64,000 bases of DNA from an uncultured delta proteobacterium (GCA_963776345.1 CAVZMH010000016.1:128001-192000); one strand, 5' to 3'; positions 21,990 through 32,579 are shown, numbered from the stretch's first letter. Translations and numbers: made by a program. Notes: generated by a model from the sequence alone, not told the origin.

Positions 21990-22967
21990 TCACCTACCCT
22001 GCTGGGGCGGCAGGTAGGCCAGGTAGAGGTAGGCGGCAGCCACCTCCTCGTCGCTCAGGTAGGCGAAGATCGGCATGCGCGACGCGGGGCTGGCCATCCC
22101 CGCCATCGAAGTCCAGCCGTGCCGCACCTTGTGGACCACCCCGTCGAGCGACATCTGCTCAGGGAGGTTGGCCAGCGCCGGGACCAGACCGGCCATCATC
22201 ATGGCGTGTCCACCGCTCATTCCGGTGGCGTCGTGGCAGACGCGGCAGGTGCCGCGGACCACCTGCTCGCCGATCCGCATGGCCGACTGGCTGACCTTCT
22301 GGACGGCGGCCCCTTTGCCGGCGACCCCGCCCAGCTGCTTGAGGTAGTCCGCGAGCGCCACCACCTCCTGCTCGGAGAGGTAGGCGAAGGGCGGCATGGT
22401 TTCTAGGTAGGGCAGCTTGGGCTTGACCCCGCCTTTGGCCAGCCGCTCCCGCAACGCCTCCTCGGCGTGCAACGCCAGCTGCCGGGCCAGCTGGGGCTTC
22501 GGTTCGGCCCCCGCCGCCTTCATGACGGCCTCGTGCTGAGCCGGCGAGAGGGCCCGCGCCGGGCCGATGATCGAGGCGATGGCGGGCGGCTTCCCGGACC
22601 CGGCCGGACCGTGGCAGGACCGGCAGTTCAGGCGGTAGATGTCCGCGCCGCTGACCGGGAACGTCGCGCGCAGGCTCTGGAGTGCCGCCTCGTCCCTGGA
22701 TCCGGCCTGCGTCAGCGCCTTGCGGACCGAGTCGACGAAGGCCTGGGGAAGCGCGCTTCGGGGAGGGCCATCTCCGCCGAGCCGGCCGAGCGGACTCTCC
22801 TCGACGGTGAGCGCCAGTCCTCGCAGGATGCTGGGGCCGCTGAGCGGCTGGACGGTCCCCGCGGACGCGGCGGCCGCGGGCGGGACCGCCTGCGCCACGG
22901 CCAGCGCCGGTGTGGAGGTGGACAGGAGCAACACCAGGGTCGCGAGGCCGTGACGGTTCGTGCGCAT
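21990..22967 (-). CDS. Exported di-heme c-type cytochrome
   Basis: Signal peptide; CRSCH and CRVCH heme motifs, each followed by MP.F.YLS..EV. Confidence 0.85.
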   Translation of the reverse strand: MRTNRHGLATLVLLLSTSTPALAVAQAVPPAAAASAGTVQPLSGPSILRGLALTVEESPLGRLGGDGPPRSALPQAFVDSVRKALTQAGSRDEAALQSLRATFPVSGADIYRLNCRSCHGPAGSGKPPAIASIIGPARALSPAQHEAVMKAAGAEPKPQLARQLALHAEEALRERLAKGGVKPKLPYLETMPPFAYLSEQEVVALADYLKQLGGVAGKGAAVQKVSQSAMRIGEQVVRGTCRVCHDATGMSGGHAMMMAGLVPALANLPEQMSLDGVVHKVRHGWTSMAGMASPASRMPIFAYLSDEEVAAAYLYLAYLPPQQGR

Positions 22968-23170
22968 GCGCGGAACGATACGCCCCCCTGAGTCCGGCTC
23001 GCGAGAGACGTGGGGCGGGTCATGGGGTGCGGACACCGCAAGCGGATGCTCTCGTGGTGCTCGCTGCCGTCGAACGCCTCGTCCCGGGCGAGACACCTTC
23101 GACGACCTGAGGGCTCCGAGCCTTGCGCGGACCATCGACTGGTGTCCTGATTGGTCGGGAGGGCTCGGAG

Positions 23171-24235
23171 ATGAAGCCATCGTTCTGGAGCGCGGGGATC
23201 CTCGTACTCGCCTGCGCAGGCGCCAAGGTGCCGGTCCCTGCTCCAACGACTCCGCCCGGGTTGCCGGAGGCGCCGGCCGGATTCGACCGGCTCACCAATG
23301 GACGGGTGACGCAGGAGCAGCACGATGCAGATCGCGCGCAGTTCGAGGAGGACGCGGTGCTACCGGCGCTCGGGCCGGTCTACAACGCGCGCTCCTGTGC
23401 CAACTGCCACGAGACTCCGGTGACGGGTGGGACCAGCCAGGTGGCCGAGGTCCGGACGGCGAACGGGTTGGTCCATGACCGCGCAGTCAGCGCCGAGTCG
23501 CAGGAGCATCTGGTTGCCGGCACCCACTTCTCCCTGCGCGCCTCCACCAGCCTGCTCGGCCTCGGCTTCGTGGAGGACGTCCCCGACGACGAGCTCCGGT
23601 CGTTGGCCCGCGCCAACGGAGGCCAGGTGGTCGAGGTCGCAATTCTGGAAACGCCGGGCTTGCATCGCGTGGGACGATTCGGCTGGAAGTGTCAGCACGC
23701 CTCTCTGCTCAGCTTTGCCGGCGATGCCGAGTTCGGGGAGAAGGGCGTCACCAATCGACTCTTCACCGGCGGGCAGAAGCCACCGTTCGAGGACGTCGAC
23801 CAGGATGGGTCCGAGGACATCGACGCCTACGCCAGCTTCATGCGAGCCACCAAGGCGCCCGGCCGGTCGGCGGCTGCCGGCTCGGACCAGGTCCGGTCCG
23901 GCGAGCGCGTCTTCCTCGACATTGGCTGCGGTTCCTGCCACGTGCCGACGCTGTTCACGAAGAAGGAGGTCTTTCATCCCTACGGCGACTTCCTTCTCCA
24001 TGACGTCGGGACCGCTGACGGAATCGCCCAGGGTGCGGCCCCACCGAACAAGCTGCGTACCGCGGCTCTCTGGGGCCTCCGGTCCCGCTCCAGGCTCCTG
24101 CACGATGGACGCGCGCTCGACCCGGTCGCTGCCATCCAGGCGCATCACGTCGAGGCGGAGCAGAGCCGGGAGCGCTTCGACTCCTTGAACGCTCAGGACC
24201 GGGCCGCGATCCTCGCGTTCCTGGCGTCACTGTGA
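23171..24235 (+). CDS. Di-heme oxidoreductase (DHOR-like) family protein, probable lipoprotein
   Basis: LGPVYNARSCANCH, LLGLGFVE.VPD, GRFGWK, GCGSCHVP, LLHDVG, RTAALWG, LHDGRA. Confidence 0.85.
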   Translation: MKPSFWSAGILVLACAGAKVPVPAPTTPPGLPEAPAGFDRLTNGRVTQEQHDADRAQFEEDAVLPALGPVYNARSCANCHETPVTGGTSQVAEVRTANGLVHDRAVSAESQEHLVAGTHFSLRASTSLLGLGFVEDVPDDELRSLARANGGQVVEVAILETPGLHRVGRFGWKCQHASLLSFAGDAEFGEKGVTNRLFTGGQKPPFEDVDQDGSEDIDAYASFMRATKAPGRSAAAGSDQVRSGERVFLDIGCGSCHVPTLFTKKEVFHPYGDFLLHDVGTADGIAQGAAPPNKLRTAALWGLRSRSRLLHDGRALDPVAAIQAHHVEAEQSRERFDSLNAQDRAAILAFLASL

Positions 24236-24325
24236 CTCCCTCCGCCGGCTCGGGATTCGAAGAACTCGAAGCGAGGTTCCCCGCTCTCGTCGATTGGGCT
24301 CCATGCTGCTCCCCGAGGAGGGACC

Positions 24326-25042
24326 ATGTTCATCGGCCATTACGGCGTCTCGCTGGCGCTGAAGCGGGCAAACCCACGGCTCTCGCTCGGCGGCCTGTTC
24401 CTCGCGGTGCAGGGCCTCGACCTGCTCTTCTTCAGCTTCGTGCTGCTGGGCATCGAGAAGATGCGCATCGTGCCCGGCTTCACCGAGTACAACGCCTACG
24501 ACCTGTACTACATGCCCTACAGCCACGGCCTGGTCGGGTCGCTGGTCTGGGCCGGGCTCGCCCTCGGTGGCGTGCTCCTCCTCCGGCGGGCCCCGCTCAC
24601 CGGAGCGGCCCTGGTCGGGCTGGCCGTCTTCTCGCACTTCCTGCTCGACGTGCCGATGCACACGCCCGACATGCCGCTCCTCGGCGACAGCTCGCCCAAG
24701 GTGGGCCTCGGGCTGTGGAACCACCGCTGGTGGGCGCTGGCTGCGGAGCTCTCGGTCCTCGGGGCTGGGCTCCTGCTCTACCTGCGTGCCTCACGCCCGC
24801 GCACCCCGTCCGGACGGTGGGTGACGGCCACGGTGGCGGTGACCCTCGTCGCGCTGTGCGTGGCGACGCCGTTCATGCCACCGCCGTCGGGCGTCGTTTC
24901 GGGTGCCATCCAGGCCTTGCTCGCCTACGTCGTACTCGCGGCGCTCGCCGTGTGGCTCGAACGCGCGCGCACCGCGAGCTCGATGGAAGGGAAAGCCATT
25001 TCCGCAAGAGCGAGGCCGTGGAGCACCGGCTCGCCCAGATGA
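24326..25042 (+). CDS. Membrane-bound metal-dependent hydrolase-like protein
   Basis: MFIGH, DLL, YSHGL, SHFLLD..H motifs; multiple TM helices. Confidence 0.75.
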   Translation: MFIGHYGVSLALKRANPRLSLGGLFLAVQGLDLLFFSFVLLGIEKMRIVPGFTEYNAYDLYYMPYSHGLVGSLVWAGLALGGVLLLRRAPLTGAALVGLAVFSHFLLDVPMHTPDMPLLGDSSPKVGLGLWNHRWWALAAELSVLGAGLLLYLRASRPRTPSGRWVTATVAVTLVALCVATPFMPPPSGVVSGAIQALLAYVVLAALAVWLERARTASSMEGKAISARARPWSTGSPR

Positions 25043-25073
25043 ACTCGAGGCACGGGGAGCCTCCACTCACGTG

Positions 25074-25901
25074 TCACCCCGGAACGGGGGCGAGGAAGTG
25101 CTCCATCAGCGCCCGCGCCGTCTGTTCCTCTTGCTCCAGGGGGAAGACGTGGCCGGCGCCCCGGAGGATGACCAACTTCGCGTTCGGGATGAGCCGGGCG
25201 AGCGCGTACGCGTTCTCCACTGGCACCAGCCGATCCTGATCTCCGGAGAGGACCAGCGTGGGGCACGCGATCTGCTTCAAACGGGGGGAGGTGTGGTGCC
25301 CCAGGATGGCGCTCAGCTGGGTGAGGGCCGCGAGCGGCCGCGCGTGCTCGCTGCGGAGAAACCAGGCGCCCACCACGTCCGGGTTCGCGGCGACGAAGGC
25401 TGGCGTGGTCAGCAGCCTGCCGATCACGCCCGGGCGGTTGCGCGGCCCGCGGGCCACCACGCGCACGAAGTCCACCACGGTGGAGAGCGAAGGCTTGTGG
25501 CTGATCAGGTACGAGGCGTGGGTGGCCCCCAGCGCCAGCGCGCGCAGGCGCTCCGGGTGCCGCAGCGCGAGCTCCTGCGCGATCATCCCGCCCATGGAGA
25601 TGCCGAAGACGTTGGCCCCTCCGGCGCCGCCCTGCCGGGGTGGGATTCCCACCGCGTCGAGCACGGCCACGGCGTCGTCGGCCATTTCTCGCATCTTGAG
25701 GAAGCCCAGCCGCGTGCCCGAGTGGCCGGTCCCGCGGTTGTCGAAGGTGACGACGAAGAAGTGCTGGGCCAGCTTCTCGGGCAGCGCGCCCCAGCCGCGC
25801 GAGGAGACGCCCATGCCCATGACCAGCAGCAGGGTTGGCGAGGAGCGCTCGCCATAGGTCGTGTAGTGGATGCGGTGGCGCTGGCGCGTGGTGAAGGGCA
25901 C
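25074..25901 (-). CDS. Alpha/beta hydrolase (esterase/lipase-like)
   Basis: FDNRGTG.S, nucleophile motif GISMGG, GDQDRLVP, GAGH. Confidence 0.9.
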   Translation of the reverse strand: MPFTTRQRHRIHYTTYGERSSPTLLLVMGMGVSSRGWGALPEKLAQHFFVVTFDNRGTGHSGTRLGFLKMREMADDAVAVLDAVGIPPRQGGAGGANVFGISMGGMIAQELALRHPERLRALALGATHASYLISHKPSLSTVVDFVRVVARGPRNRPGVIGRLLTTPAFVAANPDVVGAWFLRSEHARPLAALTQLSAILGHHTSPRLKQIACPTLVLSGDQDRLVPVENAYALARLIPNAKLVILRGAGHVFPLEQEEQTARALMEHFLAPVPG

Positions 25902-25913
25902 GGTGGGGCGGCC

Positions 25914-27366
25914 TCAGGAATTCCCCGGGGCGGCTCGCGCCGCGCCCGAGGAGGAAGCGGTGGCCGCGGCACCCTCGGCGCCAGCGACCAGCTCGGTCAT
26001 TGCCTGGCCCATGTGCTCGGCCAGGCTGGGAAGATCCTTGGCTGCCTCCGCGTCGCCCAGGAGTCCCACGCCCACGTGCCCGTTGTAGCTGAGCAGTCCC
26101 ACGGACAGGGTCTGCAGGGCGGCCAGGGGCACCGCCGGGTAGCAGGCCAGCATCTGGCGGCCGAGCAGGTAGAGCGGGAACTGGGGCCCCGGCACGTTGG
26201 TGACCACCAGGTTGAAGAAGCGGGTGGCCACTGCCTGCAGCCGCGCCGCCTGGGTGAGCAGCGTGGGCGGGGCGAAGTCCGACAGCCGGGTCAGCGCCAT
26301 GGCGCTCATCACCTGGCCGCTCTCCTTGAGGCCCTTCATCGACTCGCGCACGCGCTCGAGGCGGCGGCGCGGGTCCGGCTCGCCGACCGGGAGCGCGCAG
26401 AAGGTGGGTGTCACCTGGTTGCCCAGCGTCTCGGAGCCGCGCGCCGACGCGCCGCGCACGCTCACCGGAACCATGACCCGCAGGTCGGGCCCCACCTCCT
26501 CGCCCCGGCCCAGGAGCAACGCGCGCAGCGCTCCCGCCACCACGGTGAGGAGCACGTCGTTGACCGTCCCGCCGAGCGTGGCCCGCACGCGCTTGATCTC
26601 CGCGAGCGATAGCTGGGCGGTGCAGAAGCGGCGGTGGGGTCCGATGGGCACGTTGAGCGAGCTGCCCGGGGCCTTGCCCATCTGCGCGAGCCCCAGAAGG
26701 GGCTTCACGCTCCCGGCCAGCATGGCCACCAGGGTCCGGGCGTCCGAGCCCGGCTTGAGCGCCAGATCCCTGGCCATCTCCAACGGGTGGGTGAGCTGCT
26801 GCTTCACCGAGGCGCGCAGCAGCGCCAGGCGGCTCGGCGCGGGCCGCGGCGTCCAAGGCGCGCCCGGCAGCTGGGGTCTCCGGGACGGGCTCGGCGTCCA
26901 TCAGCACCGACGCGATGTCCATGCCAGAGATGCCGTCGACCATGCAGTGGTGCGTCTTGGTGAGGATGGCGAAGCCACTGCGGTCCTCCCCCACGCCCTC
27001 GATGAACCACATCTCCCAGAGCGGCTTGCTGCGGTCGAGCTCCTGGGCCATCAGCCGGCCCGTCAACTTGAGCAGCTGGGTCTCACTCCCCGGGACTGGC
27101 AAGGCGGTCTGACGCACGTGGTACTCGAGGTCGAACTGGTCCTCGTCCACCCACACCGGACGACCCTGCTGGAAGAGGACCCACTCCAGGCGCTGGCGGT
27201 AGCGGGGGACGCGCGAGAGCCGGGACTCGACCAGCCGCAGCAGCTCGTCGTACTGCGGAGAGGGACCCTCGAACAGCGCGAGCCCGCCCACGTGCATGTG
27301 CGTGCTGCGGTCTTCCAGGTTGAGGAATGCGAAGTCCAGACTGCTCAAGCGCTCGAACCACGCCAT
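25914..27366 (-). pseudogene. Wax ester/triacylglycerol synthase (WS/DGAT), frameshifted (pseudogene or sequencing error)
   Basis: LSSLD.AFL..E...HMHVG, LDRSKPLWE, catalytic HHCMVDG; C-half (GGTVNDV, FNLVVTNVPGP, LSYNG) in the next frame; one extra base near 26862-26866. Confidence 0.88.
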
Positions 27367-27453
27367 GGCGGCAACTTGTCACATCTGCGCGGGTGGCTCA
27401 GCGGGTTGCTGGCGGCCGTTCGCTCGCCGCGCTTGAATGGGCGTCCTCGGGCG

Positions 27454-28245
27454 CTACGGCTCGAACGACCAGCTCTCGCTGCCGCCCGACCAGCTGATGG
27501 TGCGTGTGGCTGGCGTGGTCGTGGTGTCCGTCGAGACCGTGAAGGCGCAGCTGCTGCCGTCGCTGGTGGTGAACGAACCGTCGATCAGGACCGAGAGCCG
27601 GGTGTTCGTTCCACCGGCATCGTCGGAGAACGAGGCGATGACCTGACCGTTGGCCAGCCGGAGGAATACCTCGTCGAAGATGCCCGGGGCGTCGCCACAG
27701 GGGTCGATCACCGACACCACCGAGAACGCCGTGGGCGGCGCGGGCGTCCCCGGCTCTCCCTGCGGACCGGGCTCGCCGGGAGCACCGTTGAGGACGAGCG
27801 TGGAGGTGGCGCCACAAACAATCAGCGCGCCACCGTCGGGAGCAGGACCGGCGGGATCGGCCACCACCGCCTGGACCGTGCAGCTCGCCCCGTCGCTTCC
27901 TGCGGGACCCGCCGGGCCCTGCTGACCCGGAGCGCCATCCGATCCGTTCGTGCCATTGGTCCCGTTGGTTCCGTTCGTGCCGTCGCAGACCACCGCCTGC
28001 GAGACGAGCCGATCACCGGTGGTCACCGTCCCCGACCCGTCGACGTCTTGGTACGAGGCAGCGACGACGCCCGGGCCGCCGTTGCATCCGGCCGCCGCGT
28101 CCTGTCGCTGCAGGATGAGTAAGGTCGAGACGCCGGCAGCCCCGTCCGTGCCGTTCTGGCCGTCGGCACCCTTCGCCCCGGTCACACCTTCGACGCCCGT
28201 GCAACCGCCCAGGGCGACCACCACACAGAGTGTCCAGTGCTTCAT
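27454..28245 (-). CDS. Collagen-like (Gly-X-Y) repeat lipoprotein
   Basis: Lipobox LGGC; three GXY tracts separated by Cys-containing spacers; C-terminal DPCGD..DEV.LRL domain; alternative GTG start at 28254. Confidence 0.8.
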   Translation of the reverse strand: MKHWTLCVVVALGGCTGVEGVTGAKGADGQNGTDGAAGVSTLLILQRQDAAAGCNGGPGVVAASYQDVDGSGTVTTGDRLVSQAVVCDGTNGTNGTNGTNGSDGAPGQQGPAGPAGSDGASCTVQAVVADPAGPAPDGGALIVCGATSTLVLNGAPGEPGPQGEPGTPAPPTAFSVVSVIDPCGDAPGIFDEVFLRLANGQVIASFSDDAGGTNTRLSVLIDGSFTTSDGSSCAFTVSTDTTTTPATRTISWSGGSESWSFEP

Positions 28246-28279
28246 CGTGTTCACGTCTCCGTTTCCGGATGGACGGAAC

Positions 28280-28295
28280 TGCAGCCGCCGTGCCC
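28280..28295 (-). promoter_or_regulatory. Candidate sigma-54 promoter of the collagen-like lipoprotein
   Basis: Minus strand GGGCACGGCGGCTGCA = GGCACG-N4-CTGCA with exact GG-N10-GC spacing, followed by a GGAG RBS. Confidence 0.55.
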
Positions 28296-28483
28296 CGAGG
28301 AAGGGCTCCTGACATCATGGGCTTGGACGACGGGAGCGAAGGTCCACTGAGCGGGATGGGTCCGGGCGAACCCCGGAGTCAGTGCAGCCGGGGAACGCGC
28401 AGGCGGCCAGGCCGCGCGCCGCTCTCCAGGGCCCGGCACGAGCGGCATGTCGAGTCGGCCGGGGCCTCATGGCCGCAGACACG

Positions 28484-28525
28484 AAAAACCCCCGCCAGCC
28501 AGATTCTCCTGTGCTGACGGGGGTT
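28484..28525 (-). terminator. Intrinsic terminator downstream of tRNA-Pro
   Basis: Minus strand stem AACCCCCGTCAGC / GCTGGCGGGGGTT ending in a U-run. Confidence 0.75.
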
Positions 28526-28530
28526 CTCCT

Positions 28531-28607
28531 TGGTCGGGGCGACTGGATTTGAACCAGCGACCACCTGCACCCCAAGCAGGTGCGCTACCAGGCTGCGCTA
28601 CGCCCCG
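28531..28607 (-). tRNA. tRNA-Pro(GGG)
   Basis: CGGGGCGTAGCGCAGCCTGGTAGCGCA-CCTGC TT GGG GT GCAGG-TGGTCGCTGGTTCAAATCCAGTCGCCCCGACCA; CCA encoded. Confidence 0.97.
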
Positions 28608-28646
28608 GGAACTGCTCGGCGATGCGGCGAACTGCGGGGAAGCGGG

Positions 28647-28675
28647 GATGTACCTGCCGGCCCCCGGTCGGTCAA
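28647..28675 (-). promoter_or_regulatory. Candidate sigma-70 promoter of tRNA-Pro
   Basis: TTGACC-N17-TACATC, overlapping the ihfA stop codon. Confidence 0.45.
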
Positions 28676-29001
28676 GCCGCTCCGTCGCCGCCGGAGCTCC
28701 CGCCCGCCGCCGCGGCTGCCTCGGCGGCGTTGTTCAGGGCGCTCTTCAGCACCTGGCTCGGGCGGAAGGTGAGCACCCGACGCGCCGAGATCTCGATCTC
28801 CTTGCCCGTCTGCGGATTCCGCCCGACGCGCGCGTTCTTCTGGCGCACCTGGAAGTTCCCGAAGCCGGAGATCTTGATCTTGTCCCCGCGCTCGAGCGTC
28901 TCCTTCACCATGTCGAAGACCAGCTCGACGATCTCGGCGGATTCCTTCTTGGAGAACCCCACCTTCTCGTAGACGCCTTCGATGATGTCGGCCTTCGTCA
29001 T
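28672..29001 (-). CDS. ihfA: Integration host factor subunit alpha
   Basis: MTKADI, KISGFGNF, R.GRNPQTG.EIEISARRVLTFRPSQ.LK; follows pheT. Confidence 0.95.
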   Translation of the reverse strand: MTKADIIEGVYEKVGFSKKESAEIVELVFDMVKETLERGDKIKISGFGNFQVRQKNARVGRNPQTGKEIEISARRVLTFRPSQVLKSALNNAAEAAAAAGGSSGGDGAA

Positions 29002-29009
29002 GGAGCAGA

Positions 29010-29039
29010 AGCATGCCTGCCTGCTCCCGAACGTGTCAA
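29010..29039 (-). promoter_or_regulatory. Candidate sigma-70 promoter directly above ihfA
   Basis: TTGACA-N18-CATGCT, 8 nt before the ATG. Confidence 0.45.
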
Positions 29040-29061
29040 CTTGCCGGAGTTGCTGAGGGTT

Positions 29062-31482
29062 TTAACGACCCCTCAGCTGGCCACCCAGGCGCCTCTGGAC
29101 CTCCTCCACGATGCGGGCATGGGCCGCCTGGACCTCGTCGTCCCGGAGCGTCCGGTCGGGGGACCGGTACCGGAGCGCGAAGGCGAGGTTCTTCTGCCCC
29201 TCGGGCAGAGGTGCGCCGATGTAGACGTCGAAGAGCTCCGCGTCCTCGACCAGCGGCTGGCCCACCTCGCGGATGACGGCGCGCACCTCGGCCGCCTGCC
29301 TCGAGACCGGCACCACCACCGCCAGGTCGCGGAGCACCGCCGGGTAGCGAGGGAGCGGCTGGAACTGCGGCGACAGCTCCGCCACCCGCTCCAGCGCCGC
29401 GAACTCCAGCTCGAAGGCGAACACCCCCCGGGGCAGCTCGAGCTGCTGGGCCACCCGCGGATGGATCTCCCCCACCCACCCCAGCACCACGTCGCCCACC
29501 CGCGCCTCGGCGGTCGCGCGCGGATGGAACGGCGCCACCCGGGCCAACCGGCAGGTCACCTCGCCGCCCCCGAGCGCCGAGACGATGGCCTCCACCGCGC
29601 CCCGGGCATCGGCGAAGTCGTTCGCCGCATCCTTCGAGGTCCAGCCGCGCGGATCGCGCCGGCCCCAGAGCACACCGGCGACGTGGAGCCGCTCCTCGGC
29701 CACCGGCCGCAGGTCCTTCCCGCCGTACGGGTCGCGCAGGTAGGCCCGGCCGATCTCGTAGAGCCGGAGCGCCGCGGGCTGGTGACGCAGGTTGGACGCC
29801 ACGTTCGAGAGCAGGGAGGCCAGGAGCGTGGTCCGCATCACCGCCTGCTGCGGGGTGAGCGGGTTCCTGAGCGAGACCGCCTCCACCGAGCTCCCGAGCT
29901 TCTCCAGGGCCCGCGGCGTCACCCACGGAAGCAGGCCCGGGTCGACGAAGCTGTAGTTCACCACCTCGTCGAAGCCGCCGCCCGAGAGCGCGCCGCGGAT
30001 ACGCCGCTCCACCTCCACCCACGCCGGCTCGGGCACCAGCTCGCCCGAGCTCGCCGGGAGCACCGAGGGGATGTGCTCGTAGCCACGGACCCGGGCGACC
30101 TCCTCCACCAGGTCCTCGGGCCGCTCCACGTCGTGGCGCCAGCCGGGAACCCGCCAGCGCCCGCCGCTCTCGGCGGCGAAGCCGAGCGAGCCGAGGATGG
30201 ACCGGACGTCCGCCTCCGGCACGGGGGCCCCGAGGAGCGCGTCCACCTCGCCCTTGCCCAGGGTCACGACCCGCGGCTCGGCCGGGCGCGGGTGCACGTC
30301 GAGCCGCCCGCGGCGCACGGTCGCGCCCGACAGCTCGGCCATCAGCGCCGCGGCATGATCGAGCACCTCCGGGAGCACCGTCCGGTCGACGCCGCGCTCG
30401 AAGCGGTACGAGGCCTCGCTGTGCAGCTGGTGCCGGCGCGCCATCCGGCGGATGGTGCCCGGGTCCCAGTTCGCCGCCTCGAGCAGGACGCGGGTCGTGC
30501 CCTCGGTCACCTCGGTGTCGGCTCCGCCCATGGTGCCGGCGAGCGACTGCGCGCCCCGGGTGTCCTCGATGACCAGGTCGTCCGCGGCCAGCGTCCGCAT
30601 CTTCCCGTCGAGGGTGGTGAGCGCCTCGCCGTCGCGCGCCCGGCGCACGCGCAAGAGGCCCCCCTGGATCCGGTCCAGGTCGAAGGCGTGCAGCGGCTGC
30701 CCGAGTTCGAGCATCACGTAATTGGTCACGTCGACCACGTTGCTGATGCTCCGGACCCCGCAGCGCTCGAGCCGCCGCCGGAGCCACGCGGGCGACGGCC
30801 CGATGCGCACGCCCTCCAGCACCCGGGCGGTGAAGCGCGGGCAGCCCACCGGGTCGGCGATCTCGATACGGATGGGGTCGGAGACCGGCGCGCCCGACTC
30901 GGCCGGGGTCCGGAGCTTCCGCTGCAGCGGGACACCGAGCACCGCCGCCGCCTCGCGGCCCACGCCCAGGTGGCTGAGCGCGTCGCCCCGGTTCGGGGTG
31001 ACGTTCACCTCGAGCACCGTGTCCTCGAGCCCCAGCGCCTTCGCCAGCGCGGTCCCCGGCACGAGCTCCTTCGGCAGGATGAGGAGGCCGCTGGCGTCGT
31101 CGGACAGCCCGAGCTCCTTGCCGGAGCAGAGCATCCCGTTGCTCTCCACCCCCCGGAGGCTGGCCCGCTGGATGGTGGGCCCACCGGGCAGCGTCGTTCC
31201 CACCGTCGCCAGGGCGACCAGGTCACCGACCTGGAAGTTCTTCGCCCCGCAGACGACCTGGAGGTGAGCGCCGCCCGCGTCCACCTGGGTGACGCTCAGC
31301 TTCTCGGCGTTGGGGTGCGGCGCCGCCGCCGCGATGCGCGCGACGACCACGCCGGCCAGCACCTCGGCCGGCCGGTGCAGCCCCTCGACCTCGAGGCCCG
31401 CCCGGGTCAGGCGCCGGGCGAGCTCCTCGGCAGCCGGGAGCGGGGAGACGAAGTCACTCAACCACTCGACGGAGACCTTCAT
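29062..31482 (-). CDS. pheT: Phenylalanine--tRNA ligase beta subunit
   Basis: MKVSVEWL, HPNAEKL, VVCGAKN, NVTPNRGDALS, VDVTNYVMLELGQPLHAFD, RFERGVD, YPAVLRDLA. Confidence 0.97.
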   Translation of the reverse strand: MKVSVEWLSDFVSPLPAAEELARRLTRAGLEVEGLHRPAEVLAGVVVARIAAAAPHPNAEKLSVTQVDAGGAHLQVVCGAKNFQVGDLVALATVGTTLPGGPTIQRASLRGVESNGMLCSGKELGLSDDASGLLILPKELVPGTALAKALGLEDTVLEVNVTPNRGDALSHLGVGREAAAVLGVPLQRKLRTPAESGAPVSDPIRIEIADPVGCPRFTARVLEGVRIGPSPAWLRRRLERCGVRSISNVVDVTNYVMLELGQPLHAFDLDRIQGGLLRVRRARDGEALTTLDGKMRTLAADDLVIEDTRGAQSLAGTMGGADTEVTEGTTRVLLEAANWDPGTIRRMARRHQLHSEASYRFERGVDRTVLPEVLDHAAALMAELSGATVRRGRLDVHPRPAEPRVVTLGKGEVDALLGAPVPEADVRSILGSLGFAAESGGRWRVPGWRHDVERPEDLVEEVARVRGYEHIPSVLPASSGELVPEPAWVEVERRIRGALSGGGFDEVVNYSFVDPGLLPWVTPRALEKLGSSVEAVSLRNPLTPQQAVMRTTLLASLLSNVASNLRHQPAALRLYEIGRAYLRDPYGGKDLRPVAEERLHVAGVLWGRRDPRGWTSKDAANDFADARGAVEAIVSALGGGEVTCRLARVAPFHPRATAEARVGDVVLGWVGEIHPRVAQQLELPRGVFAFELEFAALERVAELSPQFQPLPRYPAVLRDLAVVVPVSRQAAEVRAVIREVGQPLVEDAELFDVYIGAPLPEGQKNLAFALRYRSPDRTLRDDEVQAAHARIVEEVQRRLGGQLRGR

Positions 31483-31484
31483 GG

Positions 31485-32525
<1,041 letters not shown>

Positions 32526-32553
32526 GGGTCCTCCCAGTCCTCCTCAAACGACA

Positions 32554-32579
32554 GAGGGCCGCCCCTGGGGGCAGCCCTC
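32554..32579 (-). terminator. GC-rich hairpin between rplT and pheS (possible terminator)
   Basis: Minus strand GAGGGCTGCCCC-CA-GGGGCGGCCCTC followed by TGTCGTTT (weak U-tract). Confidence 0.4.

Noticed and set aside
16590..28607. Prophage, tailocin or eCIS locus around the tail-tube gene
   Set aside because: No sheath, baseplate, spike, terminase, capsid, lysis or integrase gene is recognisable, and no att duplication was seen.
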